DNA of 63,979 bases, filler included, from Basidiobolus ranarum (taxonomy: Eukaryota), in NCBI GenBank assembly GCA_040143965.1. It is 53 parts of 53 records of this genome, joined end to end, with 100 filler letters (N's around TTAATTAATTAA, not from the genome) between each part and the next. Parts side by side here need not be neighbours in the genome. Positions count along the whole stretch, not along the records: positions 48,419 to 49,524 come from JASJQH010013281.1; positions 49,625 to 50,730 come from JASJQH010013282.1; positions 50,831 to 51,935 come from JASJQH010013283.1; positions 52,036 to 53,140 come from JASJQH010013284.1; positions 53,241 to 54,345 come from JASJQH010013285.1; positions 54,446 to 55,550 come from JASJQH010013286.1; positions 55,651 to 56,755 come from JASJQH010013287.1; positions 56,856 to 57,960 come from JASJQH010013288.1; 45 more parts are not named here. One strand, written 5' to 3'. The notes beneath the pieces are model-generated. The model had not been told where the DNA came from, searched no databases, and saw nothing but the letters and a program-made list of their open reading frames with translations. Below, one piece after another: positions 48,419 to 61,572 of this stretch. Every line of letters begins with the position of its first letter. Position 1 is the stretch's first letter. The position numbers were made by a program, and so were the translations under genes.

Positions 48419-49370
48419 TGCTGACACCTCCACCACACTTTTAGCAGATGTTAATTTTGAAATTCTAAAGTCTATTTCCAGGAGACATATGAAATTATTG
48501 GTTGCATGTAAATGCTCACATAAGCTTAATACTAATGTATTGTTTGATTATTAGCTTGTTCAAACACTGATAATTTCACACTTAATTCTGACATTGTACA
48601 CTATGCCTTTATGGTTTTTACAGACATATAAATCAATTATAGTTTTTTCATCAATTTTGACTAATTTTGGAAAACTTCACCTGATCACCTCAAATCCTCA
48701 CCCTTGCTTTACAGGCATAGTCACTCCAATCTAAGGTATTTCCATAGTCCTACCTGAAAGAAAACTATAAACTAGACATGTTAATTACAATAAATATACA
48801 GTGTGTGAATTACTATTCTAAAACTTGACAAAACACTTGTATACCCCATTATTACCTTAATCAAGCTACAAGCCCTAAGGTAGCTGTCAAAAGAACATTC
48901 ATCCATGCTACTATTGCAGTTTTCTCATTTTCAAGAATTTTAATTATAAAACAACTAACTTATGGATGTCAAAGACATGTGGTACAAGAAAACATGAACT
49001 TTAGGGCTTAGTTACAAGAGATACTGTAGTGTCAGAGGAGCCACCTGAGCTTAGCCTTACCCTCCACAAGAAGAGGAGGAAAGCCCTGAATGTACTTTGT
49101 ACATCTCCCCAGAACTCTGATATGTGAAATCAAACTAAACCAAAAGTATTTAATTTGCTGGGAAAACACTCGAGAAAGTAATTGAGTCTTAATGTCCAGC
49201 AAATATGCTCTATGTTGCACAACTGCCAGTCCTAATTTCAATGAATTTGGCAGATTCCACTGCTTATAACATATATACTCTCAAACCTATGGCCTATCAG
49301 CTCACTGCCATTGGAGCTCCTTTGTTTTAAGATGAGGTGTTATGAAACTACTTGGAAGGAAGAAAGATAT
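48419..49370 (+). mobile_element. Highly degraded LTR-E-related LTR and gag
   Basis: 48640-48860 resembles 6385-6603; 49285-49350 resembles gag MA.QL.AIGAP. Confidence 0.5.
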
Positions 49371-49524
49371 CCCTAACAAAAATAAAATTGATTTGATCCG
49401 GATCAGATCCACCCTCCAAAATAGCAAAACTGTCAGAGAACCGTCACAATATCGTTGGCTTGCATTCTGCCAGGGATTTTGATGGTGTGATGGTGGTTTC
49501 TTGACAGTATCCTGGCAGTATTCA
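49371..49524. mobile_element. CMC terminus B (best-preserved copy)
   Basis: CCCTAACAAAAATAAAATTG...; retains CpGs (CCGG, ACCGTCACAAT). Confidence 0.8.
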
Positions 49525-49624
49525 NNNNNNNNNNNNNNNNNNNNNNNNNNNNNNNNNNNNNNNNNNNNTTAATTAATTAANNNNNNNNNNNNNNNNNNNN
49601 NNNNNNNNNNNNNNNNNNNNNNNN

Positions 49625-50730
49625 ATTAAACTGCCTTCATGTCCAAATGGTTGTTTGGCTTTCACCGGTGATCTGAAAAACCTGAAGTCATGCACTGTTT
49701 GCACACAATTGGCAATCACTGAATCAGGTAAATATTGTTCATATTTGGCTTACATACTGTTAATTCCCCATCTTAAAGTTTTGATGAAATCACCCAAATA
49801 TAGATCATTGATCCAATACCAAAGTACTCACCATAAAGCTGATGGTGTTATCAATATACTTGTTGGATATCACTACAGAATCTGAAATGTTAAGTTTTCT
49901 TTGAGCACACATACAAGCATGCATCTGCATTAGCTCTGGATGGTTTTTCACTCAACAAATATACCATTGAAAGGCTTGCTGGCCAATAATTTTAATCAAA
50001 TTAAATCTTCTGCCTTTGGAATGGTATAAGAGTCATATTATTTTGATACTATTCATCATATCTGGACCTAAATCACCAGTGCATATAGATAGCTTCTTGG
50101 AGCCTTTGATTGTGGAATTTAAATGGTTATCTAATGGGGTTCAGATTAGGCACTATGCACTTACTATTCAACAACATTCTGATACTGCTTACTCAGCTAT
50201 ATAGTGGAAAAATCAATATGAATGAGCCATTCAAGATTGAATCAAAGTTTGACTCAATTAGGAAAATGCTTGAAAATGTCAAGAAACCATCATATTCTAC
50301 CAGGACTACCTTCAATATCCACTCATATAGGCATTTATTCAAATGCAAAGACTGGAAGTACTGGATTTGTATATATTCAAGTGAAATTTTCAAAAGATTT
50401 CTGCCTGATAAGTATTGGCAACATTGGGAGTTATTAGTGGATATTGTTAATATTTTCTTATGGCTTCAACTCACATTGGCAGATCTCAGGCAGATATAGC
50501 AACTGTGTGAAGATTTTGTAATTGGATATAAAAAACCTTATTACAGGTTTAAAGTGGATAGACTGAATTTATGCCAGTATTCAATACATTCCCTGCCACA
50601 TCTTTCACAATGCTTAGAGATTATAGGCCCTAGCTATACATTCTGGGAGTTCCCAATGGAGCACACCGGTGGTGAAATCTTGCTCTGTGTGAAATTGTCA
50701 GTATCACCATATGCTAATCTGATTAACAAT
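49625..50730 (+). mobile_element. CMC transposase with an internal deletion near 50145
   Basis: NGVQ joined directly to LGTMHLLFNN; IH.L.HL..C...GP..FWEFPME. Confidence 0.88.
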
Positions 50731-50830
50731 NNNNNNNNNNNNNNNNNNNNNNNNNNNNNNNNNNNNNNNNNNNNTTAATTAATTAANNNNNNNNNNNNNN
50801 NNNNNNNNNNNNNNNNNNNNNNNNNNNNNN

Positions 50831-51935
50831 TTGAAACAAGGGATTTGCAGATAATGAGCTACAAATTTGATCATGTTGAAATATTGCAGTTGGTGAATTT
50901 CAAAAATAAACTAAATCTGTTAAGAGTTTTCTAAGCCATATTGCTTCATATGTTGCCACATAGGCAGCCTTTTATTCTGCTTCTGTTGTTAAAAGTGCTA
51001 AGGTTGGTTATTTCCTTGAATTCCAAGAAATAGCTCCTTCACAGCAAATAAATAAGTATCCTATTGTAAATCTTGTCTTCAATATCTCACACGTAATTGG
51101 CATCTGAATATCCCATCAATCAAAGTTTTTTCCACAATATGAGTATTAAGCACAGATCTACAGTACCTTTCAAGTACTGGAGGATCTACTTACCTGCTAT
51201 GATATGATAAGATCCATAATTTTGTAGATATTTGCACATAACTGCCACAGAATATGTAATATCAGGCCTGTTCCAACCATGATATATATCAAACTACAAA
51301 CCATAGATTGATAAGGAAATTTCCAGCTTTTATTTGAATCCAAAAATGTGTGATGTGTGCCATTTTTGGTCAAGTTAAGATTTGTCTCCATTGGGGTAAA
51401 TACTGGATTATAATCTTCCTTTTACATTTCTTTAGCATATTGAGGATATACTGGGACTTGTTTAAAGTTATAGCTTTGGTAGCCCTATCTATGTTAATTT
51501 GGATTCCAAGATGGTACATCTGTTCATCAAGATCAGTAATTTTGAATTCAGCAGATAAGCTGGATTTGGTTCTCTCTTGAGTCTTTAAGTTTTTGGTTGC
51601 TATAATAAGGTATCTATTTATAAGGCCAAAAGAGCTGAGTTTGTCTTATCTGCCCTGAAGTAGGTATTATAATCAGCTTTACTCTTTTGGAATTTGAGTG
51701 TTTCCAAAAAAGCATCTATCTTGCTAATCAAGGATCTGGAGATTGTTTTAAGCCATAGAGTGTTTTCAGAGTTGATAAACTTACTTATGGTTTTCTGAGC
51801 TAGGCTTGTCTTATGTGAACTGAAGTAGACACTATAGTTAACATTACTTTTTAGGGCTTTCTGGGTCCACAAATCTATATGGCTGGTCCATAGAGTTCTC
51901 CTCAGCAAGCTAATCATTCAAAAAAGCAGTTTCAA
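50831..51935 (-). mobile_element. Copia RT-RNase H, heavily degraded
   Basis: KIDAFLETLKFQKS.ADY, FPYQSMV.SL. Confidence 0.8.
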
Positions 51936-52035
51936 NNNNNNNNNNNNNNNNNNNNNNNNNNNNNNNNNNNNNNNNNNNNTTAATTAATTAANNNNNNNNN
52001 NNNNNNNNNNNNNNNNNNNNNNNNNNNNNNNNNNN

Positions 52036-53140
52036 CTTGGTGGAAGCAAGCTGGCCCAAGAGTGAGTTGAGTAATGGCAAGGGGTACCAATTTTTGACTA
52101 TAATGCTATACAGGCCTTGATAATCGACACAGAGATGGAGAGATCCATCATTTACCATAACAAATAAGAATGCAGAGCCTGCTGGGGACTTTGAATGTTG
52201 GATAATTCCTTTCTCCAGATTTTTGGCAATGTTCTCTTTCAGAATATTGAGTTCTGACTGGATCAGCCCATAGATAGGCCCAAATGGTGGTTGTTTTACA
52301 TCTTGTAGATCTATAGGGCAATCATATTGGTGGTGAGCTACAAGTATATCAAATTTATTCTTGTCAAAGACATCAGCAAAGGCTAACTATTAGGGTGGGA
52401 GCTTATGAACCATAGGTTTTGTTGGTTTCAGCTCTTCAGCAACACTGTCAATGGATATTGGCTTCATGTATGCTTTTAGGATTGGGGCTGATGATGTGTT
52501 GAATACTTTGCAGGTTGGCAAGTATCAACTAGCAGGTGGAGTTGGCTTGAATGAAATAGTCCTCTTCTTCCAGTTGATTACTGGGTCATGCTTCATGCGC
52601 TATGAGACACCAAGGATGACTGGTTGGTGAGGTGAAGAAATGATATCAAAGGCTATTTCTTCCTGATGAGAAGTGAACATAAGTGTCATAAAGGTTGTCT
52701 CATGTGTTGCAGCACCTGATGATAGCAGCATTCCATTAATTACTTCTACAAGGACTGGACTAGATTTCTTGATTGTTTGGAAAGATAGAGTGGGATTTTA
52801 CAAAGGTAGAGTCAACAAACAGGAGGAAGCACCTGAATCAAGAAGTACAGTTGTTTTTATTGACTTGTAATTTGGTAGCAGGAGTGTAATGGGCAGCTTT
52901 AATGATTGATATGACTGCAGAGATTGCAATGTACAATGAAGAAACATTCTTGAAGATGGTTGATACAAATGCATGCCCATTATTGCAGCTGGGCATTGAA
53001 GTTTTCTGATGGTTGGGGAGAGTACTCTTCTACTTGTATATTGTCAATCTTGAATCCAGGATTCTTTTTTGGACAGGTTCTTGCTACATGTCCAGGAGCT
53101 ACACAATAGAGGCTTAGATTTTCTTGTTGGCTTTGATACT
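52036..53140 (-). mobile_element. Ty3/gypsy gag knuckle, protease and RT start, degraded
   Basis: CLYC..PGHVARTC, LLDSGASSC, YDCPIDL..PPFGPIY, DGSL.LCVDY.GL, N.YPLP. Confidence 0.92.
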
Positions 53141-53240
53141 NNNNNNNNNNNNNNNNNNNNNNNNNNNNNNNNNNNNNNNNNNNNTTAATTAATTAANNNN
53201 NNNNNNNNNNNNNNNNNNNNNNNNNNNNNNNNNNNNNNNN

Positions 53241-54346
53241 GAATTAGAGGAATTGGTGGTTTTCACTCACTGATATGTTGAGTGGAAAGTTGACATTTAT
53301 AGTTTTGTGAAGATGTAAGCAAGCTAAAATGTAGAATGTATTAAGGAAGATCCCAGGAGCATGTGTGCAAAGTTTGGGGCTTCTAGCACAAGTTTGAAAA
53401 ATTTATATATCTGAGAACTTCCAAGTTGGTAAAATATTCTAAGTAAATTGCAATTGTGAATGATGAATAATATCTTGGTGAATTATAAGATAACTAAGTA
53501 CTAAGCTATATATGACTATATAGGTGCTTAGGCAATGCTAATTTCAACACTCTCCCTCAACTAAATTGTCATATAAACCAATCCTAACATGTTGAAATTA
53601 GAATTGCCTAAACACCTATATAGTCATAAATATTGACTTATCAGATTCAGATAGTGATATCCATCAAGTATATTGGTAATATCATTGGCTTTAAGGTGGG
53701 TACTTTGGTAATGACTCAATGATCTATATTTGGGTGATTTTGTTAAGGCTTTAAGACAGGGAATCAAGCAGTGTGTATGGTAGATATGATCAATATTTAC
53801 CTGATTCAGTGATTGCTAGTTGTGCGCAAATAGTACATGACTTCAGCTTTTTCAGATCACTAGTGGAAGCCAAACAATCATTAGGAGATCAAGATAACTT
53901 TATTACTGAAGAATTTTAAGTCATACAATTGACAAGTGTTTTCCACTTGTACCAGGTCTGTGGTAAGCATCAGTTGCCAATCAACTGTGATTAAAGTGTA
54001 AAAAACCCAACAAACACCTGGTTGCTAAGATTGGTTTGAACTTTCCATTGCTCAAAAATCAAAGCTGCTTATTTTACTGAAAGTATTATAAGTTGACTAA
54101 TGCTTGCAGATAACAAGGAGTCTGTAACAAAACTGTTGTCTTCTTCTTCATCTTCCGATAAACTACCATCAATATTGGAATAACCAAGGTTAACATCTAG
54201 CAGCATGTCCTCAGAGTTTTCTGGACTTACTGGTTCAACTAAAGTTGCATTTCTATCTGCTTTATTCTGATTATATAACTCTGGTAACTCCACAGTATTT
54301 TGACTTTCCTCAGTATCACCAAAACTTTGAGGTAGAGCACAGCCAN
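53241..54346 (-). mobile_element. 3' LTR-A with PPT (to about 53560), an inverted LTR-A start, then CMC transposase N-terminal region (53640-54346)
   Basis: CAACACTCTCCCTC junction; MELPELY..VEPVSPEN..DV.LGYS. Confidence 0.8.
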
Positions 54347-54445
54347 NNNNNNNNNNNNNNNNNNNNNNNNNNNNNNNNNNNNNNNNNNNTTAATTAATTA
54401 ANNNNNNNNNNNNNNNNNNNNNNNNNNNNNNNNNNNNNNNNNNNN

Positions 54446-55550
54446 TGAACTGATTGGGAAAATGCTTGAAAACATCAAGATACCATCATATTTTACCAGG
54501 ACCTCCATCAATATCCACTCATCTAGGCATTTATTCAATTGGAAAGACTGGAAGTAATATATTTATATATATTCAAGTGATCTCTTGAAAAGGTTTCTGC
54601 CTGATACATATTGGCAACATTGGGGGTTGTTTGAGGATATTGTTAATATAATCTTATGCCAACAACATGTATTGGCAGATCTCAGGCAGACACAGCAAAT
54701 GTACAAATATTATGTAATTGGATATGAAAAACAATATTACAGGTTTAATAAAGATGGAATGAATCTATGCCAGTGTTTAATACATTCCCAACTGCATCTT
54801 TCACAATGCTTAGAGATCATGATCCCTGGCTATACCTTCTGGGAGTTCCCAATCAAGCATACCTATGGTGAATTGAAGCCCTGCATACTATCATTAGGAT
54901 TATCAGTGATGGATGTAATTCCATGGGTTACAAGAACTCCAGAGTATATCAACCTTCCAACACAGGCTCTTTTCAATGTGCTCATGGGTTTTTGCATTGT
55001 TGAAGCACAATAACAGCAATAAAACCTCATCCTTAAATGTGGAGTAAGTATCCACATAATTTGAACAATGTTATTCTTATTTTAATCTGTTAGTATTTCT
55101 ACAAAGGCTGTAAGACAGATTCCTATTGAGTTGAATCAAGATCCACAGTATTATCAATTTGGCCATGGGGTAATCTATTCAAGCAATGACACTTCAACTT
55201 ATGGCAGGACATTTGTTGACTGCAGGTCAGAGATATTTCCCTAAAAGAAATTTGAGAATTGTTAATGTAGGAAAACCATCATAATTTTAATACATTTTGG
55301 ATTCACCATATATCTGCGAACATAAGATTGTCAAGTTAGATTTGATTTCAATCAATTTTTTCAGTTTCAGGAGTGAAATTTCAGGATCTCACAGCAAAGT
55401 TGCACATAATTGGCTACAATCTCAGAGACTATGGTTCAGCACATGTGCAAAAAACCTAACTCAAATTTCACACAATTACCACTTGAATGCTAATTTGTCA
55501 CCTTCAAAATCCCTAGTCTCTTTGATATATTCTCCTGAATATATTTATAG
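54446..55550 (+). mobile_element. CMC transposase C-terminus interrupted by terminus A at 55239
   Basis: YWQHW, IH..LHL..C, FWEFP; CCCTAAAAGAAATTTGAG. Confidence 0.85.
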
Positions 55551-55650
55551 NNNNNNNNNNNNNNNNNNNNNNNNNNNNNNNNNNNNNNNNNNNNTTAATT
55601 AATTAANNNNNNNNNNNNNNNNNNNNNNNNNNNNNNNNNNNNNNNNNNNN

Positions 55651-56755
55651 CTTCTGATATACTACCATCAGTACTGGAGTAACCAAGGTCAACATCAAGT
55701 TGCATGCCCTCAAAGTTTTCCAGACTTACTGGTTCAACCAAAGTTGCATTTCTACCTATAGAAATCTGGTCATATAACTGTGGTAACTCCATGGTATCTT
55801 GACTTTCAGCAGAGCTTCCAATACTTTGAGGCAAAGTACAGTTGGTGGACTTGGTGGGCAAAACTAAAGTCAATTTTGTGCACTCATTACTGTTAATATT
55901 CATCAGACTTTGTGCAGCTGGTGGCTTTGTACAGTGACCATGCTTGTGATTATTTTTTCTTCAGAGCATCCGGCTTTCATAGCACAAGAATTTGTGACAA
56001 TATATGCAGGGCTTCTTTACACATTTATGTTGTGACATGACAAGGATATTGTAGAAAACAGAACACCTCATATGTAAGGGTGGTATTTTAGGTACAGCCC
56101 ATCAATATTGTCAGCTGATTCTGATATGGTGTCACAGATGAGTCATCAGGGAATTTATTAGACATTTTCAGTAATGGATGGCAGTTTTGGCTTATCATAA
56201 GCTTTTTCTAAGCAATTTTGTTATGCTAAGTTTACCATCTGAAATTTTCAATGCCATTCAAAAACCACTCAAAATCTTAATCAAAATTGGCTTCCAAGCC
56301 AAAGCCTGCTGGCACAAAAGGAAAAAAACCAGCAAGAACAGAGGGCTTGATTGATGAGCAGGATAGTGATCCACTATCCACTTTGGAAGGCATTAACATG
56401 CTGGAAACTAACTCAAGTAATGATCAAGAATTAATCAATTTATCAGATGTGTTCCTTTCCAGCAATAGTGCAAGTGAAGAGATTGTAATCTCCCAAATAC
56501 ATAGTAAATCAAGATTTTAGGAAAGTTCATCCAAAACACCATCAACTTCCAAAATGGCTACTTTGCCCACAATTAAACAATCCTCCGCAGAAAACTTGGA
56601 CAGAATGATTACAACAAGGGATTCACATGCAGATCACCGTAATGATTTGTATGTCATCATAAGTAAAATTTCAAAGTTGCTGTAAAAGCCAGAACAAGTA
56701 GTAATGCCACAATATTGCAATTAAAGCATCATTTTGAAGCAACTAGTCAATAGTC
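55651..56755. mobile_element. CMC head-to-head junction
   Basis: Transposase N-terminus on -, ORF A from 56251 on +. Confidence 0.8.
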
Positions 56756-56855
56756 NNNNNNNNNNNNNNNNNNNNNNNNNNNNNNNNNNNNNNNNNNNNT
56801 TAATTAATTAANNNNNNNNNNNNNNNNNNNNNNNNNNNNNNNNNNNNNNNNNNNN

Positions 56856-57945
56856 AGTACAGGAGGCTATGGAGAGTCCCAACACAAAGTTTTGGAGTGC
56901 TGCAATGGCAGAGGAGTATCAGTCACTCATAGATAACCAAACTTGGACTTTGGTTAAGTTACCTGATGACCAAAAATCAATTGGATGCAAATGGGTGTTT
57001 AAAGTTAAGCAGCAAGCTGATGGATCTGTAGAGAGATATAAAGCCAGACTTGTGGCTAAAGGATACTCTCAAATGGAAGGAGTGGACTACAATGAAACTT
57101 TTGCTCCTGTAGCAAAGTTTAATTCCATCAGAACCGTACTAGCAGTAGCAGCACCACGCAGCTTAAAAATCCATCAACTGGATGTCAAAACTGCTTTTTT
57201 GAATGGGGACTTGGAAGAGGATATATTCATGGATCAACCAGATGATTTTGTGGATCCTGAGCACCCTGAGGATGTGTGTAAGCTACAAAAATCACTGTAT
57301 GGACTTAAGCAATCACCCAGGACCTGGTAAACTAGGATAGATACATACTTGGAATCACTTGATTTCCAGAAGAGTACGGCAGATTTTGGGATCTACTTTA
57401 AGACAGATAAGGACAGTAAGGTGATATTTGCCTTATATGTAGATGATTTGATTATAGCTACCAATAATGATGAAGCTCTCAGGAACACCAAAAGAGATCT
57501 ATCAGTCCAATTCAAGATGACCAATTTAGGTGAACTTACATATTTTTTAGGTCTGCAGATCCAAACAGATATATTGGGCAAATCTATAGCTCTGAATCAA
57601 TCTAAATATATCTCAGACATTCTCAGATGTTACAGGATGGAGAATTGTAAGCCAGTAGCAACTCCAATGGATCCAGATGTGAAACTAGTCAAAAATCCCA
57701 TCATAAATGATGAAAATTGGCTAAATATGGCTCAAAATATGTCATTTGAAAGCCCTGAGTTCCCTTACCAATCTATGGTAGGTAGTATGATCTATACTAT
57801 GACTGGAACCTGACCAGATATCTCTTTTGCAGTGGGAGTAGTCAGCCAACATGTGCAAAACCCAGGATCTGAGCATTATGCAGCAGTTAAGCAGATTTTC
57901 AGATATTTGAAGGGGACAATTGATCTGGGATTAAGATACACATAT
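56856..57945 (+). mobile_element. Copia reverse transcriptase
   Basis: GCKWVFK, RYKARLVAKG, ETFAPV, LDVKTAFLNG, LYGLKQ, YVDDL; two stops. Confidence 0.96.
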
Positions 57946-58282
57946 TCTTATGAGAATAAGNNNNNNNNNNNNNNNNNNNNNNNNNNNNNNNNNNNNNNNN
58001 NNNNTTAATTAATTAANNNNNNNNNNNNNNNNNNNNNNNNNNNNNNNNNNNNNNNNNNNNAAGATTGTAGAATTTTCCAGAAAATAATAGGGCTTATGTG
58101 GGTTAATACTGATAAATCTGAAGTAATTGGGGATAATACTAATAGTGTGATATGATTGGCTAGAAAATATGTGTAAGTCTAATAAGGATAATAAAATAGA
58201 ACTGGTGTAATAGTAATGATATGAGCTTGGAGTGGATATAAGTCAACCTGCCAGTGTGTAACAATGCTACCCCACTACACCA

Positions 58283-59164
58283 TTGCAAGCCTGGTCAGAT
58301 TTCAATATGATAACTGATATCAATTCACCAAACAGTCAGTCTAACATCAAACTTGGTAGTAGCCGTAAGCACAAGATTATATTGCTCAAGGGGATTAGCT
58401 GGATCTGGAGCTTCCCATTAGGCACTATACAGTTACTATTGAAGAACATTCCAATACTGCTTACTCAGCTATATAGTGGAAAATTCAATATGAATGAGCC
58501 ATTCAAGATAGGATCAAAGTTTGAATTGATTAGGAAAATGCTTGAAAACATCAAGATATCATCATATTTTAACAGGACTCCCATCAATATCCACTCATCT
58601 ATGCATTTATCAAATGCGAAGACTTGAAGTATTGGATTGGTATATATTCAAGTTGAATTTCAAAAAGATTTCTGCCTGATAAGTATTGGCAGCATTGGGA
58701 GTTGTTTGTTGATATTGTTAATATATTCTTACAGCATCAACTCACATTGGCAGATCTCAGGCAGATACAGCAATTGTGTGAAGATTTTGTAATAGGATAT
58801 GAAAAACTTTATTACAGGTTTAAAGAAGGTAGACTGAATCTACACCAGCATTCAATACATTCCCTGCTGCATCTTTCACAATGCTTAGAGATTATAGGCC
58901 CTTGCTATACATTCTGGGTGCTCCCAATGGAGCACACCTGTGGTGAAATGATGCTCCATGTGAATTTGTCAGCATTACCATATGCTAATCTGATTAACAA
59001 TGTTTCAGCTAAATCAGTGATGAATGCAAATCAATGGGTTAAGGAGACTACAGACTACATTAATCTGCCACCAAAGGGCTCCTTGCAATGTGCTCATGGG
59101 CTTTTGCATTGTTTGAGCACAATAGCATCCACAAAGCTCTATCCATGGACACAGAGTAAGTACG
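58283..59164 (+). mobile_element. CMC transposase C-terminal half (DUF4218-like)
   Basis: IHSLLHLSQCL..IGP...W..PME..CG, PYANL. Confidence 0.9.
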
Positions 59165-59264
59165 NNNNNNNNNNNNNNNNNNNNNNNNNNNNNNNNNNNN
59201 NNNNNNNNTTAATTAATTAANNNNNNNNNNNNNNNNNNNNNNNNNNNNNNNNNNNNNNNNNNNN

Positions 59265-60368
59265 TATGGTGCCAAGAACAATGGGTATGGGAAACACTTA
59301 GAGGAAAGCAAAGAAAGCAGTAAAGAAGTGCTAAAGACTGCTGAAAACCATAAAGGGTATGGTGCCAAGTTGTGACTGGCATGGAAAACTCTTGAAGTAC
59401 ATTTTATCTAGCGCTAAATACTACTGACAAGTGATGGAGGGTATAGTATCAAGATATGGCAATTTGAAAATACTTAAAGTAGAGTTAGTTTATTAAGTTC
59501 CAAGGACTATTAATAAATGATGAAGAATATGCAATGGGAAACACTAAAGGGATAATCTACCAAGAAAGGGTATGGTGCCAGGAATCAATGAGTATATAAA
59601 GTGCAAAAGCCTATTGACAAATAGCAATTGGAATGGTGCAAAGAAATGACAAGTATAAGAAACATTTAAAGAAAGGCTATAAAGTGCCAAAGCCTGCTGA
59701 CTAATTAATGTAACAATCCCTATTTTTGCAAACTTTTAGAACAGTTTGTCATACTAACAAAATGTAAGCAAGATGATAGCGCAGATAATACAATTAGAAA
59801 TTTGATTCTTACAAATGATGTGAAAGTACCTGAACCCACTCATGAAGCAACATCTACATATAGACCAACAACATCATCTTCTATTTTAACAACCATGATT
59901 ACAATTATTAAACCAAAAAATAATATAAAAATAATAACAAATGATACAAAAAGTGGAAAATTGCATATATTTTCTGGTGTAATAATAAGTATAGTTGAAT
60001 TAATAAACCATATTATATAACAACAGATCTTTTAAAAATTTATATTTAATGCAAAATGGAAATAGGGATGCATTAAAGGTCTTTTGTTGGCAAAATATTT
60101 ACTCACAATATGACTCAAAGCAATTGTCTGAAATGAATATTTATATTAGCATAATAATCTTTATTGGGATATTATGCCAGTAATTAAATAATGATGGTGC
60201 CAAAAAACAGCAGTTATATTTAAGACTAAAAGGAGAGCTTACAAAGAGCCAAATACTACCAACAAATGATAAAGCATATAGTGCCAAAAAACCACTAGTA
60301 TGAAAAAGATTTAAATTTATGCTTACATATTAGTAATATATACTCAGAGTTTATGAATGGTGTGGTGA
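59265..60368 (+). repeat. Degenerate repeat array with GGGTATGGTGCCAAG core
   Basis: Core recurs at about 59265, 59355, 59568, 59633, 60193 and 60277; related array at 62260-62730. Confidence 0.6.
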
Positions 60369-60519
60369 NNNNNNNNNNNNNNNNNNNNNNNNNNNNNNNN
60401 NNNNNNNNNNNNTTAATTAATTAANNNNNNNNNNNNNNNNNNNNNNNNNNNNNNNNNNNNNNNNNNNNGGAAAAAGAGTAACAAAAACAAAAAAAAACTG
60501 GATGCAAAGATAGAATAGA

Positions 60520-61572
60520 ACTCTCTACACCTCAATAATTAAAGATGATTCCTTAAATGCAAGTGGAATCAGTGCACAAATATTTGCCAATAAAAAAGTG
60601 TCCGAAACAAAACCATAATCTTCTTCTTCAACTTCTGATATACTACCATTGGTACTGGAATAACCATGGTCAACATCTAGCAGCATGTTCTCAAAGTTGT
60701 CTGGGGTTACTGGTTCAACCAAAGTTGCATTTTGGCCTATCTTATTCCGGTCATATAACTGTGGTAACTCCATGGTATCTCATCTTTTGGCAGTGTTACC
60801 AAAACTTTGAGGCAAACTACAGTCAGTGGACTTAACGGGCAAAGCTAAAGTTGATTTATTGCACTTATTACTGTTATTATACACCAGACTCTGGCAGCTG
60901 GTGGCTTTGTACAGCCACTAGCTTTCATAGCACAAGAATTTGGGACAATATTAGCAGGGCTTCTATGAACATTTGTGTTGCAGCATGAGAAAAATATTGT
61001 AGGAAAAAAAACACCTCCTGCATAATGGTGTTATTTTAGGTATAGACCATCAATATCATGCTGATTCTGAGACGGTGTCAAAGATGAGCCATCAAGGAAT
61101 TTACAAGATATTTCTGGTGATGAATGACAATTTTGGTATATGACAAGCTGTTTCAAAGCAATTTTGTTACACTAAGCTTACTATCTGAAAATTTCAATTT
61201 CATTCAAAAAGCGTTTAAAATCTAAATCAAAATTGGCTTCCAAGCCAAAGCCAGATGGTACAAAAGGAAAAAAATTAGCAAGAACAGAGGACTTGATGGA
61301 TGGGCAGTCTAGCAATCTACTATCCACTTTGGAAGGCATTAACATGCCAGAATCTAACTCAAGTATGATGAAGCATTGGTCAATTAACCAGATGTGTTCC
61401 TTTCCAGCAATAGTGGAAATGAAGAGATTGTAATCCCCCAGTTACATGGTAAATCAACAGTTGAGCAAAGTTCAACCAAAACACCATCAAGTCCATCAAC
61501 TTTCAAAATGGCTACTTTGCCTACTATTGTACAACCCTCCATAGAAAATTTGGATATGATTATTACAACATG
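60520..61572. mobile_element. CMC head-to-head junction
   Basis: MELPQLYD.. on -, ASKPKP.GTKGKK on +. Confidence 0.8.
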
